From Macrostomum hystrix (lineage: Eukaryota; Animalia; Platyhelminthes), in the NCBI GenBank assembly GCA_950097015.1, contig CATNEN010000003.1, positions 12,710,001-12,774,000 on the forward strand: 64,000 nucleotides of DNA. Direction: 5' to 3'. Of this stretch, positions 1 to 19,366 are shown piece by piece. How positions within the stretch are numbered: position 1 is the stretch's first letter; each line of letters starts with the position of its first letter. The position numbers and the translations under genes are program-made. The notes beneath the pieces are model-generated. The model made no database searches, had not been told where the DNA came from, and saw nothing but the letters and a program-made list of their open reading frames with translations.

Positions 1-177
1 TCCAGTCTAACAGGAGACAATCCTGTCTAACAGGAGACAATTCTGTCTAACAGGAGACAATCCTGTCTAACAGGAGACAATCCAGTCTAACAGGAGACAA
101 CACTGTCTAACAGGAGACAATCCAGTCTAACAGGAGACAATCCAGTCTAACAGGAGACAACACTGTCTAACAGGAGA
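1..177. repeat. 20-bp minisatellite (tccagtctaacaggagacaa)n, truncated by the window edge
   Basis: About 9 near-identical 20-bp units read directly. Confidence 0.95.
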
Positions 178-386
178 CCCGATAATTCGTAAAATCTCGT
201 GTTATATAGACATTGCACACGTTCTTATTGCAGACACTTCATACAGTGAGTAATGTTATATTGCACTTTCTTTCTTTTTAACACAGGAAGTTTATTCTAA
301 GAATGAAATCTAACTACGAGTGGTACGAATTAATTTGTGTCGTAAAAGAGCTAAAAATGGACTAAAGTGTCACATTATGCTTAAAA

Positions 387-7212
<6,826 letters not shown>

Positions 7213-7519
7213 TGTTATAATCGTCCTTTTCTTAGAAACTGTGTTGCTGCTTACGAATAAAGAGGAAAATATTTTCAATTTCTTAATCAGTGACAGCCCA
7301 TCAGCTTTGAAAATGTTGCTTGGAAATTTCGGTGTCTACCACAGCAATTAAAATAGATAAAGCTTGGCTTTCATTGGCTTGTATGGTAGAAACTTTGCTA
7401 TCGCCAATACTCTGTCGCTTCTCCACCTTTATCTATTTCTCCTTCTTAGTTTAGTTCTTTGGCGCCACTCCACTGTAGCAGCATGTAGTCAAGTATTTAA
7501 TGCAGGTGTGCCAATGCCG

Positions 7520-7532
7520 GTTGCTAGGTAGC
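7520..7532 (-). promoter_or_regulatory. Candidate RFX X-box upstream of TTLL10
   Basis: GCTACC-T-AGCAAC on the minus strand, one mismatch to GTNRCC-N0-3-RGYAAC, ~310 bp upstream of the ATG of a ciliary gene. Confidence 0.4.
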
Positions 7533-9479
7533 GAGCAATTTCTAACGGGCTATAATAGTCGAGGCGGTGCACTGCGCTTGGGGAGGAGTGGGTGGGCATG
7601 GAAATTGGACATTGGTTCAATGGTGCAGGAGAGGAAGAATTGGCAAGAGAGAGACAGGGAGAGGGGTGGGTGCTATTGGGTTGGGAGTTTGAGCAGCTAT
7701 GGAACAGAGAATCCTTTTTTAAATCCAATGAAAAGATGCGTGCATGAAGTGCATGTATCAATGCTAGTTGCGTGCCATCGCATATTAAAAGCGTGCTAGT
7801 TATAACTACGCATATACTTACCAGTAAATATAATGTTTTTTAAACTATAGATTAACAAAACATTTCCTCGATTTGTCGAAGAAACTAGGCTTTTTTTCAA
7901 TTGCTTGTCTCTTTTTCTACCGTTTTAGTAGTATTTACATCTTTTTCTAGCTTAAATCTCTATAGCTAACAATGCAGATGCAAATGAGAGAGATGCTGCT
8001 TTTAGAAATCCACCTACCTCTGTCTGCTTCTGTCTCTATCCCTGCCTTTCTGCGACTCACATGGTAACTAGGCTAAATCGAATACAGCCATCAAAGCTTG
8101 ACTGCATTACTTGCCTCATACGGTTTGCACATTTGCTCAGCTCAGCCTTGAGAATAGCAGAGTGAATTTGTGTTAGAGAGATAGAGAGACGCTTTGCAGT
8201 TAGCAAAATTGGGATACCCAAACTATTACCTGAAGCATTTATTTCCATAATAAGTTTACAGCTATACTCTCGTATACGCAAAAAGAATGTTGACACTATG
8301 AACAATGACCGCTTATACATAAAGCAGCAACAGCAGCAGCAGCCAGAAGTGTTATATCACTCAAAAATATTCTAGGGGCAGGCAAATAATGTGCGTCCAC
8401 CGTTTCTCACAGTCCCGAGCGCAATGAGAACCGTTTCTTCGACGCGCTCAAGAAATTATCTTTAATTTTTAGAGAACAAAACTTAATCTAAATTGGGGCC
8501 AATTAAGTTTTTATTTTTATTTAGCTGTCTATCTCTTTTTTCGACATTTTTATGCCCAGCAAAATAGCTAAACACACCTATTGCGCTTTGTTGGTAAATT
8601 ATTTGAAAACATTCCTATATGTACTGTATAGCATTTTGCTTGCCAAGGCATATCCTACTGCATGAGATCATATTATGCTCAAGTTATGAGCATAATGAAA
8701 GCTTCATATATAAGAATCGCAATTGGGCTAGACGCGCAATTTTCACACTATTGAACCAATTACTTGGTAAAATAAGCGCCATTGCAAAACATTCCTTGAG
8801 CTTTGAGTTCGATCTTCGTTTATGCATTTATCAATAGAATCGCATTTTTGTAATCACGCAAGTGAGCATACTTCATTCCCAGTAGTCGAATAAGAATACA
8901 GTTTGATATTTAACAGTTTTTTTATATAAAAAAACAGAACTCTTAAAAAGAGAACACTATAGAAACGTTTACTAATAAAGTAGCATGTTTTATTAAAAGT
9001 TGTCGTGCAGCTTTATTCCGAACTTATGTTTAAAAAAATATATATAAACCAAAATAAATAACGTATGCAAGCCCGTAAACGTTTAAGGTATGCAACATAT
9101 TCATACACTTAGCCGCGCATTTGCTTTTCACAAAAAGAAATTATGAGACCTAACTATTACTAAGGGCTGTCTATTTTACAGTAAAATTTTACTGTTGCAT
9201 TACTTTTCTACTAACTTGCCAAAGTGCAAATGTTAAAGCCGTTAGTGTTAAAGAAAAACAAAACTTATATTGCAAACATACATTTTAAGCTTAGTTAGCT
9301 TTTATGTAATAAATGTGCCTATCATTATTTTTTATTCGAAATAACAATTATAAAAACAGCTAAGTAATTACATATATTAGCGCCACTATCATTTTATGAC
9401 TTTAAAATTCCTCTTTAATTTCTATGTACACTTCGAAATCGTTGCCTTGACATTCGACTAAAGATTAATCGTCTGCAGA

Positions 9480-12400
9480 ATGTTTGAAATATTTTGGCAA
9501 CCAGAGATTCGAAAATACAAAGCTGGGCTTTGGTCTAAAGCTTTCGTTTTTCAGTTCCTTTGTGTTATCGCTACGTTTGTATCTCCAATCATAATCGTAT
9601 ACCGTTCCCATGGTAAGTTTATCAGATTTTCTGTATGTGAGTTCTGTTCTACGGAATTCATGTTATATATTTTATTGCACAAATTATGCAAACACGCTGA
9701 AATCAATCTTAGGTTTTTATTCCATTATAAACATGATTTTGCTACTTTGACATGCAAGAATATAGTAGGAACGAAGGAAGCATATTTTGCTATAAAAATT
9801 AGAATTCATACTTCGCAGTCATACTGAAAAAGTTCTCAACTCGCTTGATAACTCCCAACATAATTCTTAACATAATTTGGACTTAATAATAATGTTAAAT
9901 TTAGTTATTTATATTTGAAATGCAAAAACTCATAGATGCTATGTATCCAACAAAGCATTATCCGATGCTTTGATACTGAATTAAATCAGTTTTTGCCAAG
10001 TAAGCCTTTATAGCTTATTAACTAAATCGATACTTATTATAAATTTGAAGACACGCATTTTTTAAGAAGTTACTCATATTAGGGCCTAGCATATTAGTCA
10101 ATTCAATTAAAAGAAATTAAATTAAAAATTATTTAATTTTTATATTTAATATTTACTAAATTATTATTTAAATTAGAAATTAAAATTAAATCTGGCATTT
10201 TATTTGTTCACTAGGACTGATTATTTATACTATGTTTCTTCGTTGTGGCGAGTGTACTTTTTGAATGTATTTGTGCTAGAGTAGAGTAAATTTCCGTTTT
10301 TTTAACTAAACCGCGCATTTTATAGAAAGACAAGCATTACCTAGGATTATATTATATATAAACAGATTTCTGCTACACATAGATCAGGGGTCGGCAAACT
10401 GCGGCCCGCGGGCCAGATGCGGCCCTCGAAGCTCCCAAATCCGGCCCGTTGCCCCTTCTGACCTCTACAGTGTCTTGTTTCATCTCTCCCGTGTCTAATC
10501 TCTCCCGTGTCTAATTTCTCCCGTGTCTAATTTCTCCCGTGTCTAATCTCTCCCGCGTCTTATCTCTCCCGTGTCTAATCTCTCCCGTGTCTCATCGTTC
10601 TCGTATCTAATCTCTCCCGTGTCTAATTTCTCCCGTGTCTAATCTCTCCCGTGTCTCATCGCTCCCGTGTCTAATCTCTCCCGTGTCTAATCTCTCCCGT
10701 GTCTAATCTCTCCCGTGTCTAATCTCTCCCGTGTCTAATCTCTCCCGTGTCTAATCTCTTCCCTGTCTAATCTCTCCCGTGTCTCATCTCTCCCGTGTCT
10801 CATCGCTCTCGTATCTAATCTCTCCCGTGTCTCATCGCTCCCGTGTCTAATTTCTCCCGTGTCTAATTTCTCCCGTGTCTAATCTCTCCCGTGTCTTATC
10901 TCTACCGTGTCTCATCTCTCCCGTGTCTCATCGCTCTCGTATCTAATCTCTCCCGTGTCTAATTTCTCCCGTGTCTAATTTCTCCCGTGTCTAATCTCTC
11001 CCGTGTCTAATCTCTCCCGTGTCTCATCGCTCCCGTGTCTAATCTCTCCCGTGTCTAATCTCTTCCCTGTCTTATCTCTCCCGTGTCTCATCTCTCCCGT
11101 GTCTCATCGCTCTGGTATCTAATCTCTCCCGTGTCTCATCGCTCCCGTGTCTAATTTCTCCCGTGTCTAATTTCTCCCGTGTCTAATCTCTCCCGTGTCT
11201 TATCTCTCCCGTGTCTCATCGCTCCCGTGTCTAATTTCTCCCGTGTCTAATTTCTCCCGTGTCTAATTTCTCCCGTGTCTAATTTCTCCCGTGTCTCATC
11301 TCTCCTGTGTCTAATCTCTCCCGTGTCTAATCTCTTCCCTGTCTTATCTCTCCCGTGTCTCATCTCTCTCGTGTCTCATCTCTCCCCTATCTCATATTTA
11401 TACAGTCAATGCGGCCCGCTGTCGTCTTTTAGGTTCTCTCTTAGGCCCGCCAGCAAATAAGTTTGCCTACCCCTGTATGACATAGATACTTAACTTAATT
11501 GCATATTTTTAACCATGAGTTTGGATTTTAAGGACATTAAAAAACATTGTCCTGTGTACTGTTTTTATAAAATAAGTTTCTCCTTTTCCATCTAGACTTC
11601 TGGATCACTGAAGACACCTACAGAGAGCAGCCATACATCAACTACAAACGTCAGGCCATACTGCAGCTACAAACATCGCAACAGCAGTACACTTGGAGTA
11701 CCTATTCCAATTTGAACAGCCTTCAGCAGGCTTCCCTAGTCTCGCCTGTTCTTCGAGTACGCGAAATTGACGCTAATTTGGACGGTCGTAACGACTACCT
11801 GCAGCTGCAATTGGATGTACCCTTAGCAGATACTGTGTCTGTGCTGTCAGTTCGCCTGATGCTCGTATTTGACTACTGGCTTATTGTGAGTAGCTTGATT
11901 GGAGTTTTTCTTTTCTGAAAATTATATAAATCTATTTGTTTTAAACATTTATTTATTTTATCACACACTCACGCAGCGAATGTCTAGCTTCCGCATGGAA
12001 TCGATCGCCCTAATAGATTATTCGTCCAGTTTGGCCGGTTCCACGCTGACTGTTAGCGGTGATTTGGCCCTCAATCAGAAGGAACTGTTAGACTACAAAG
12101 GCACAGATCAGCGATATGCTGTAAGTGAGACTTGCTTTGTGCTAGACCAGGGGTCGGCAAACTCCGGCCCGCGGGCCAGATGCGGCCCTCAAAGCTCCCA
12201 AATCCGGCCCGTTGCCCCTTCCGACACCTACAGTATACAGTTTCATATTTCCCCTGTCTCATCTCTCCCGTGTGTCACCTCTCCCGTGTCTTATCTCTCC
12301 ATTGTCTCGTCTGTTCCGTGCCTTGTCTCTCCTTTGTCTCACCTCTCCTGTGTCTTATCTTTCCCGTGTCTCATCTCTCCCGTATGTCATCTCTCCCATG

Positions 12401-13243
12401 TCTCGTCTCTCCCGTGTCTCATCTATCCAGTGTCTTATCTCGCCATTTGTCTCGTCTCTCCCGTACCTTATTTCTCCTTTGTCTCATCTCTCTCGTGTCT
12501 CATCACTTCTCTCTCTTATCTCTCCTGTTTGTCATCTCTCCCCTATCTCTGATATATTTCTCTTAGATTTCTACAGTCTGCGCGGCCCGCTGTCGTCTTT
12601 TAGGTTCTCTTTTTGGCCCGCTAGCTAATAAGTTTGCCGACCCCTGTGCTAGACAGTAGAACACCTGTTCTGTGTTGGACAGTAGAACACCTGTTCTGTG
12701 TTAGACAGTAGAACATTTGCTATGTTAGACATTATAACACCTGTTAGACAATACTGTCCAACTCGAACCTAATCTACTCAAATCAAATTGTTTTGCTTTC
12801 AGCTACCAGTCGTGAACTCTAGTAGTGCTGTGGCTTCCGACTACAAGCTTTCGAACATCTTCGCAAATTATCAGACGAGAAATGGTGAGTAATTAGTAAT
12901 TATCGATGTTTTCGGTTAAAAGCCCAGCAAGCAAGAAATTGAGTCCGTTGAGCTTTACCACTTTCCAGTGACCACCAGCTATTCAAACGCTCTTTACGCC
13001 TGGGAGACTGGCAGATCTGCTGGCGAGCCATTCAAAATCAACGCCACCGTCTTCTACACCACCCCCGTCATTAGCTACCGACCTGGCTTCTGGTACGCAT
13101 TGAAATGGGCTTGGGTGCAGTATGTGCCAGTCATGCTGCTGTTCCTATTCATACTGGACCGCGTCAAAGTGTTCGCATTCGAGAATCAAGTTGTGCCTAC
13201 TGTGGTGCAAAGGCCACACTTTGATTGTAAGCGGGGCGGTTAG
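9480..13243 (+). CDS. TMEM231: Transmembrane protein 231, ciliary transition zone (MKS/B9 complex), 5 exons
   Basis: Exons 9480-9612, 11596-11885, 11977-12120, 12803-12884, 12969-13243, all GT-AG and in phase. Motifs: YRSH-DFWITEDTYREQP, REIDANLDGRND, GDLALNQK, ISYRPGFWYALKWAWVQY, FAFENQVVPT. Confidence 0.93.
10385..11475 (+). mobile_element. hAT-type MITE with an internal expanded 16-bp satellite (gtgtctaatctctccc)n
   Basis: Ends caggggtcggcaaact ... agtttgcctacccctg (TIRs) with subterminal cggcccgc motifs. acatagat lies on both sides, offset by 4 bp on the right. Confidence 0.85.
12148..12646 (+). mobile_element. hAT-type MITE, same family, perfect TIRs and 8-bp TSD
   Basis: caggggtcggcaaact ... 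agtttgccgacccctg; TSD tgctagac at 12140-12147 and 12647-12654; degenerate internal 16-bp repeats. Confidence 0.92.
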
Positions 13244-14453
13244 GCTGGCGATGGAATAAAAACTCGGGCCCGATCATCTCGAAACAAATTCTTCGTTCTT
13301 TATAATAAAGCGCAAAAAAATTATGTAACTTTTCTAAAAATAGATATTTTAAACCTTCTCATTTGCTCTCCTTCGCCCCCGTGCTTGTTGCTTATTGGCT
13401 GGCGCCAACACCCACCTCACGCTGCTCTTGCTGGGAACGAGAATCAATGTACAGTCTGACTCGCCTACTATCGATCGATATATTTAACTTAACTTGTTAT
13501 GGAATTAGACTTTAAACTCAATTTATTTGCAAAATGTACTCTCGATGCTTTGTTCGATAAACATTCGTTGTTTGAAGTTGCAAATGTTACGAGTATGTTT
13601 AGACTTGAGTTTCCTGACTCAGGCATCAATTGTCTTCCTAAAAGTACAAATTTTCGTTGTTTCCCAACTTCTCTCTTGCTGGCCTTGAGAGGTAGGAATG
13701 TTACCAGAGAATAATATAGGAGATTCTCAGAACAACAGTGTTTGTTACAAGCTTTTGTTACTGTGTCGATACCTATAAATGGTATTATTAACGAAAATAA
13801 TCATGATTGCAACGAATGTAATACGTTTGAATGTATTACTTTGAATCACGTCGATGTGGTATTAAAAACATTTCTATGAAAAAATAAATATTTTGTAGTC
13901 TGTAGTCTAGACAAGAAGCTAGAATCAGCGTGCATAAAAATTTATCCTCGTTGGATATTCTCTTCAATTTTAATGAGGCACGTTGTTCGTCGAAACTATT
14001 GGCAACTGAATAATTCCTAATTTAGTGTCCTGAATGTCTCTTCAATGTCCAGTTAATTAGTTGTTCGAATTTCGTCTGCTAGCTAAGCCAACTGGAGGAT
14101 AAACATGATAGTGTCAGAAACGAATTTATGTTTCCTAGACGCGCTATAGTACTGATCATGTGAGACTAGTGCATCGGGAAATAGAATGATGGTGATTGAG
14201 ACCACGAATTCACAAGATAATGCATTTCTGTTTGCTGGGAAAACAGAACTACATGCCACTAAGTATACTCAAACACCCGTACCAAACTGTCTGGACAAAC
14301 AACTAGACTATACGTGTACGGACATTCTAATTTAGATCATTATTGTTGATCCATTTGTTTAAATAGTAGTCTAGTAAATGTGACGATTTTTCATATATTA
14401 CTGCAGACGACAATCCCACATACCCAGCAAAGCCAAAAGATTTCCGACTCAAA

Positions 14454-14757
14454 TGATGCCTAGTTTGAAATTCCTGATCGCTCTGTGCCTCATCCTGGAG
14501 TCATCAGCCAGCACCGTCAGCTGGACCTACCAAGCATGTGAGTGCTCTCTTCGACTCGCTGTCAAGCCTTGAGTCCGCAAACCTGCCACCAATCGCATTG
14601 CAGGGTACCCGAACGGCTCGAAGGTGACGGCTCGGTGAGTTCGGTGAGTCGATCGGCCAGCCTCCGAGCTCTGTCGGCGTCCAGCTTTCACCCCGCGATG
14701 CAGTCGCTCTGCGCCAGGTCGGGCCTGGCCTGTGTCCAGTCCTTGTGGGCCGGCTGA
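14454..14757 (+). pseudogene. Small secreted-protein gene or pseudogene, copy 1 of an inverted pair
   Basis: Signal-peptide-like MMPSLKFLIALCLILESSAS; short GTGAGT..TTGCAG intron; block SSVSRSASLRALSASSFHPAMQSLCARSGLACVQS shared with copy 2; frame disrupted. Confidence 0.5.
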
Positions 14758-16084
14758 TCTACGAAATCGCCGTCTGGTTCTGCTGGACGTCGTTCATCGT
14801 GCTCTTTGAGTCGGAGAAGGGTGAGCAGGCGATGATGGAGCCTCGTCCCAGTTGCGTCACTAACAGGGGGGGAGCCACTACCATGGGACGCCACTACCAT
14901 GGGACGCCTTTATTAAGGGGGCGCCACTACCACGGGGGGCGTACCAGGGGGCCTTGCCCCCCCCCTGGCTACGCCCCTGCCTCGTCCACAGTGAGACCAG
15001 CTGCACCACAAAGCCTCACTCATTGCAGCTCTCACGAAGTACCAAGGCGTTGTCAGCCAAGTCCTCTTCACCGTCACATTCCATCAAATCAGCACACAAC
15101 ACTGGAACGCATCTCTGAATCTACCGCTTTTTAAAGCCCTTTAAAAAACTCTTTCACTGCATATGACGGATTAGTTTGCTCACTAATTTCGACTGATAAA
15201 GCTTTTGGAATCACGCGATATTTATTCGGGATTCTCTTAAGCTCCGGAGCTTATTACTCTAGTTCTATAGTTACACTGCCTTGCTAAAGTTGACGACGCG
15301 ACCTTGCTCAAGCTGGTGGCATCTTCAACCAGCTCTACTACGCCTTCGCTGTCCAGCAGCTCCGTTTAGATAAAGGTCGGTTACCGCCGAAGTCGGAGAT
15401 GATGCAGGCACATTCGGGTGACATGCTGATAAAGTTTGAAGGTCTGCAAAGGTCGCACTGAGGCGCAGTGCAAATTCGTGTATAGGGGTGTATGAAATAC
15501 ACTAGCTCTTTTGGGAAAAATCGGACCTTCAGCCAGAAACATTGAATATCTCGACGGTCTGAAGAGCTGGCGACTTGTTTCTTGTTTGAGAAGATGCGCA
15601 ACAAAAAGTTGGCCCGTGTTCTTGAGTTTCGTGTGCTTGCATTGTTCCGTTCGGGTGCAACAAAAAAAATTGTCAGGGGGGGGAATTTCTTTTTTCTGTG
15701 GAAAGGGGATCCTTTCCACAGAAGAATGACAATTTTTGTGTAACTTTTGCTAGTTACTATATTTTTGGTAATTATTTGCTTTAATTATTTGCTTTAATTT
15801 AACGAACTTTGAAAACATTTATAGCAAGGAAATGCAAGGAGGTGAATTTTAACAAATTTGGCTCCTTTGCAAATTCATTTCATTTATGCCAAAAGTGAAC
15901 ATTTGAACTAAACTTTTAAATCTTGGTTGGTTCCTATTCGTAAATTATGGTTTGAACTAAATTACAAGTATAAGGCACAGCTTAAACTGCAAGCGTCATA
16001 CACAGTGTGACTTGTTAATAAAATTGTGTTCTTCTGATGCGGATGTCGGCTTCGGTCCCCGTTTACTCGCTGGTCGACGGAGCT

Positions 16085-16444
16085 CTGGACTGAACGCAGG
16101 CCAGGCCCGACCTGGCGCAGAGCGACTGCATCGCGGGGTGGAAGCTGGACGCCGACAGAGCTCGAAGGCTGGCCGATCGACTCACCGAGCTCAGCTGTGA
16201 GCACACTGGAGTCATGGGTCAGGGGGTCCAAACGCTGCTCAGTGATGTCTGTTTCCGTTCGGATGCCCTGCAATGCGATTGGTGGCAGGTTTGCGAACTC
16301 AAGGCTTGACATCGAGTCGACGAGAGCACTCACATGCGTGGCTGATGGCTGATGGCTGGCTGATGACTCCCGGCACAGAGCGAGCAGCACTGCTGCACAG
16401 AATGTATCGAATATTTGCAGTCTTATTCCGTTAGTTACAAGCAT
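16085..16444 (-). pseudogene. Small secreted-protein gene or pseudogene, copy 2 (inverted paralog of 14454-14757)
   Basis: Reverse complement aligns to ~14490-14742, including the intron and the same Cys-containing block. Confidence 0.5.
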
Positions 16445-17768
16445 TATCTCTCGACAATGGTTTTTACGCGATGAGTTAAATGAATATTCAGACTTTTTTT
16501 ACCTTGTTCCGAGTTCTGTGGTTGCCTAGTTAACCAAAAATATGAAAATTTGTCCACTTGTTTTAATGGAACCTAGTGGCTACTTAACGAAAATCACTTA
16601 CCTGGAGTAAATTTTTATGGGACGATTCACCCTGAGTAATTTTCTGTTCATCTAATACTCATAATCTAAAATGCTTGCTAATTGATACAGGTTCATTGTT
16701 AGCTCTAGTACAAAGTCAAAGTAGAAATTGACAGTGGACATCGAGTAGGCATTGTGGTGACAGATAAATGAGTGATTTGCTATTAGTGCTTCGCTTGATT
16801 GCCAGCTAGTGTGTTCTAGAAGGGTCAGTTAGGTAAATATGGGAAGTGGATCGGAAATCAGACAGATAAATTTAGATCTGGCTACATCCAAAGTTTTTTC
16901 TATTTTAGTGATTTAGCCAGAAGCAGTATATCGTAGTTCTCCCTGAACGATCTCATATTTATACTTTGAGTAATAAAAAACGACCACAAAGCAACCAAAT
17001 TTATTTTTATGAATTAAAAAGCAGATCATTTGCATTGAAAATTTTTTACAATATGATGCACAATATACGTTGCACTTTTGTACATAACTGATCAGGCAAT
17101 ACGTGTTAGTGAACAAAGCAGAATATAAATGTTAGTGAAAAAATATTGCACTTTTAATATTAAGGTGATATCCGTGAGTAAAATAATTCTCTACAAGTCA
17201 ATGAACTACTTAAATTCGTAAGAGGCAATCGTATTATATATCACACACAATTACACAACATAGACACAGGTACCTCAAATTTAGGAAAGGTATTATTACT
17301 ACCACCAAGGGCTGATATTTGTAAACTAAACTGAAGAAAAACTGATTGACAATCGATTTGAGGTCAGAAGAAAAGGGCAAACACCATAGACAAATCTATA
17401 GACACCTCTAGATGGTTGAGCTTTTGCAGTTCAAACAAACATGAAAATTCTTAATATTTGACATTTAACGGCGCTGCATTGGTAAAAAAGTGTACACGAG
17501 ATATGTAAGGCTAATGTGATTTAACAGTAGCAAGATCACGGGGGGTCACTTCAAATACCCACAAAATTCGTTCATCGTGAATTGCGGACTTTCACGAAAA
17601 TCAGTCATTCGGTTTGGGAGCTTATCCTGAAGTGGGCAGTGTGCATTTGAAATGCCCCCGTGGAAGTCAGGATCGCTTTTTTCGGTTGGGATTTGGAAAG
17701 TAAAAAAACGATAATTGTACGACAAATTGCTGCCTCTGTAGCGTAACCACAAACTCAACGAAGCCAAA

Positions 17769-19329
17769 TTATCCCTTTCCATTGTTCCCGACAACGGTGT
17801 CAACAATTTCCGCCGGCACTGACAGCGCTTCGGCGATCTCTTTCAACGCCTTCAACGATTCGGCAATGTGGCCGTGTAGTTGCGTCATTACAGTCGGCGT
17901 TGTTGACGCGTTCGCTGTCATGACAGCTTTGGAAGCGGTCAGAATGCCCTTCAGATGGTGGCCGAATCGGTTGATCACTTCTTCTAGGCGCAGTCGAAGG
18001 TGTCTCGAGTGGAGAGCATCGTGCAGCAGAATGGCTGCTTGGTTGAGCTTGAAGCCTCTGGAGACAGCGTTCTTGCTCAGAGCTCCGATCACCAGACTGG
18101 CTTGTCCGGAGTAGAGCGCGCCAGACAGATCCTGGCACATCGCATCGAAGATTCTAGCACCGTCGGCGATCTTCTCGGCAAAGAAGGCCAAAGCTTCGCG
18201 ATCTGAGCGACTCAGGTTCGAAGCGAAGTTTCCGCCCGTACTGGCGCAGGAGTTGCCTGAGTTGTTTGAGTTTAGCGCCTCAGTCATTGAGCTCATGCGC
18301 ATGTACAGACTGTTGTTACTGACGTTTTCACCATTGCTCGAACTGTGCTGCTGCTGGTGATGAGGATGATGAGGTTGAGGCTGTTGAAACGGCTGCTGCT
18401 GTTGCTGCTTCAGCTCAGGAAACAGCAGAGTGGCATTGGCTTGGACGGTTGTCGAAAGGGTGCGCTGCTGGATTTGCAGTTCTCGGAGAGCGCTGACTGC
18501 TACGCCCAGGTGATCGGTGGCTACCACTACAGCTGCAGCCGCCACAGCCTTTGGCGACCAGCTGAGTCTGGATGCGCGGGTGAGTTGAAGGACGTGTGAG
18601 CTTGGGCTCTATAAGTAACTGTACGGCTCGATGAAGGCTTTAACAAACAAAACTGATCGTCTTGCAATATATGGTTGATACACTCACCAGTGTGAGCGTG
18701 TGACTCTGTGTGCTCAGGGGTCAGCCAGAACGTGTCTTACCTGTCCAACTGAGCTACGCTCTCTCCCAGTTCCGCTTGGCTCTGCTCCATTGAGCGCAGG
18801 TGCTTCCACAGCTTCCTCGCCAGCGCTCGGTCCGGGCAGCTCTCCAGCCGGGCATTGTTAAGAACGCCGTGAAAGAAGTCGATCAGCTGGTCTAAAAAGC
18901 CCCTGGCCTCGCGCAGGGTCAGTCGTATTCCCGCTGCGTTCAAAGCCAAAGAACCTTCGGTCTTCCAGCGGCTGTGGACGAATCTGTACATCCTGGCGCA
19001 GCGTTCGCCGAAGTCTCGCTCGAGGTCGCGTAGAAGTCGTACAGCGTCCGACTGCTCCAGCAGGATGCGACACTCCGGCCGGTACTGGATGTCCTCCGAG
19101 GCGATGGAATCGGTGCTCGGTGTCAGGCTGCGGCCGTCTCTGGCCGAGAGCCTCTGACGTCTGTCCACAACTCCCTGCTGCTCAGCGCTTTCCAGGCTTC
19201 CGGGAGCCAGCAAGGAGTCCAGGAACTCCTTGGTGATTGTGTGCTTTGACCCGTCGGCATTGCGCGCTGACTGGCCTGGATCGCGAAAATTCTGATAATC
19301 GCTACTCGACGATGATATTGTTCGTCGCT

Positions 19330-19366
<37 letters not shown>

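Noticed and set aside
15230-15720. Possible decayed transposase (FWLK..FPKEL, LARQ..SS)
   Set aside because: Motif matches are too weak and not clearly colinear.
16521-16534. X-box-like motifs GTTGCCTAGTTAAC, and GTTGCCATGGT at ~52019 and ~62199
   Set aside because: Not tied to a recognisable ciliary promoter; one lies inside a CDS; such motifs arise by chance.
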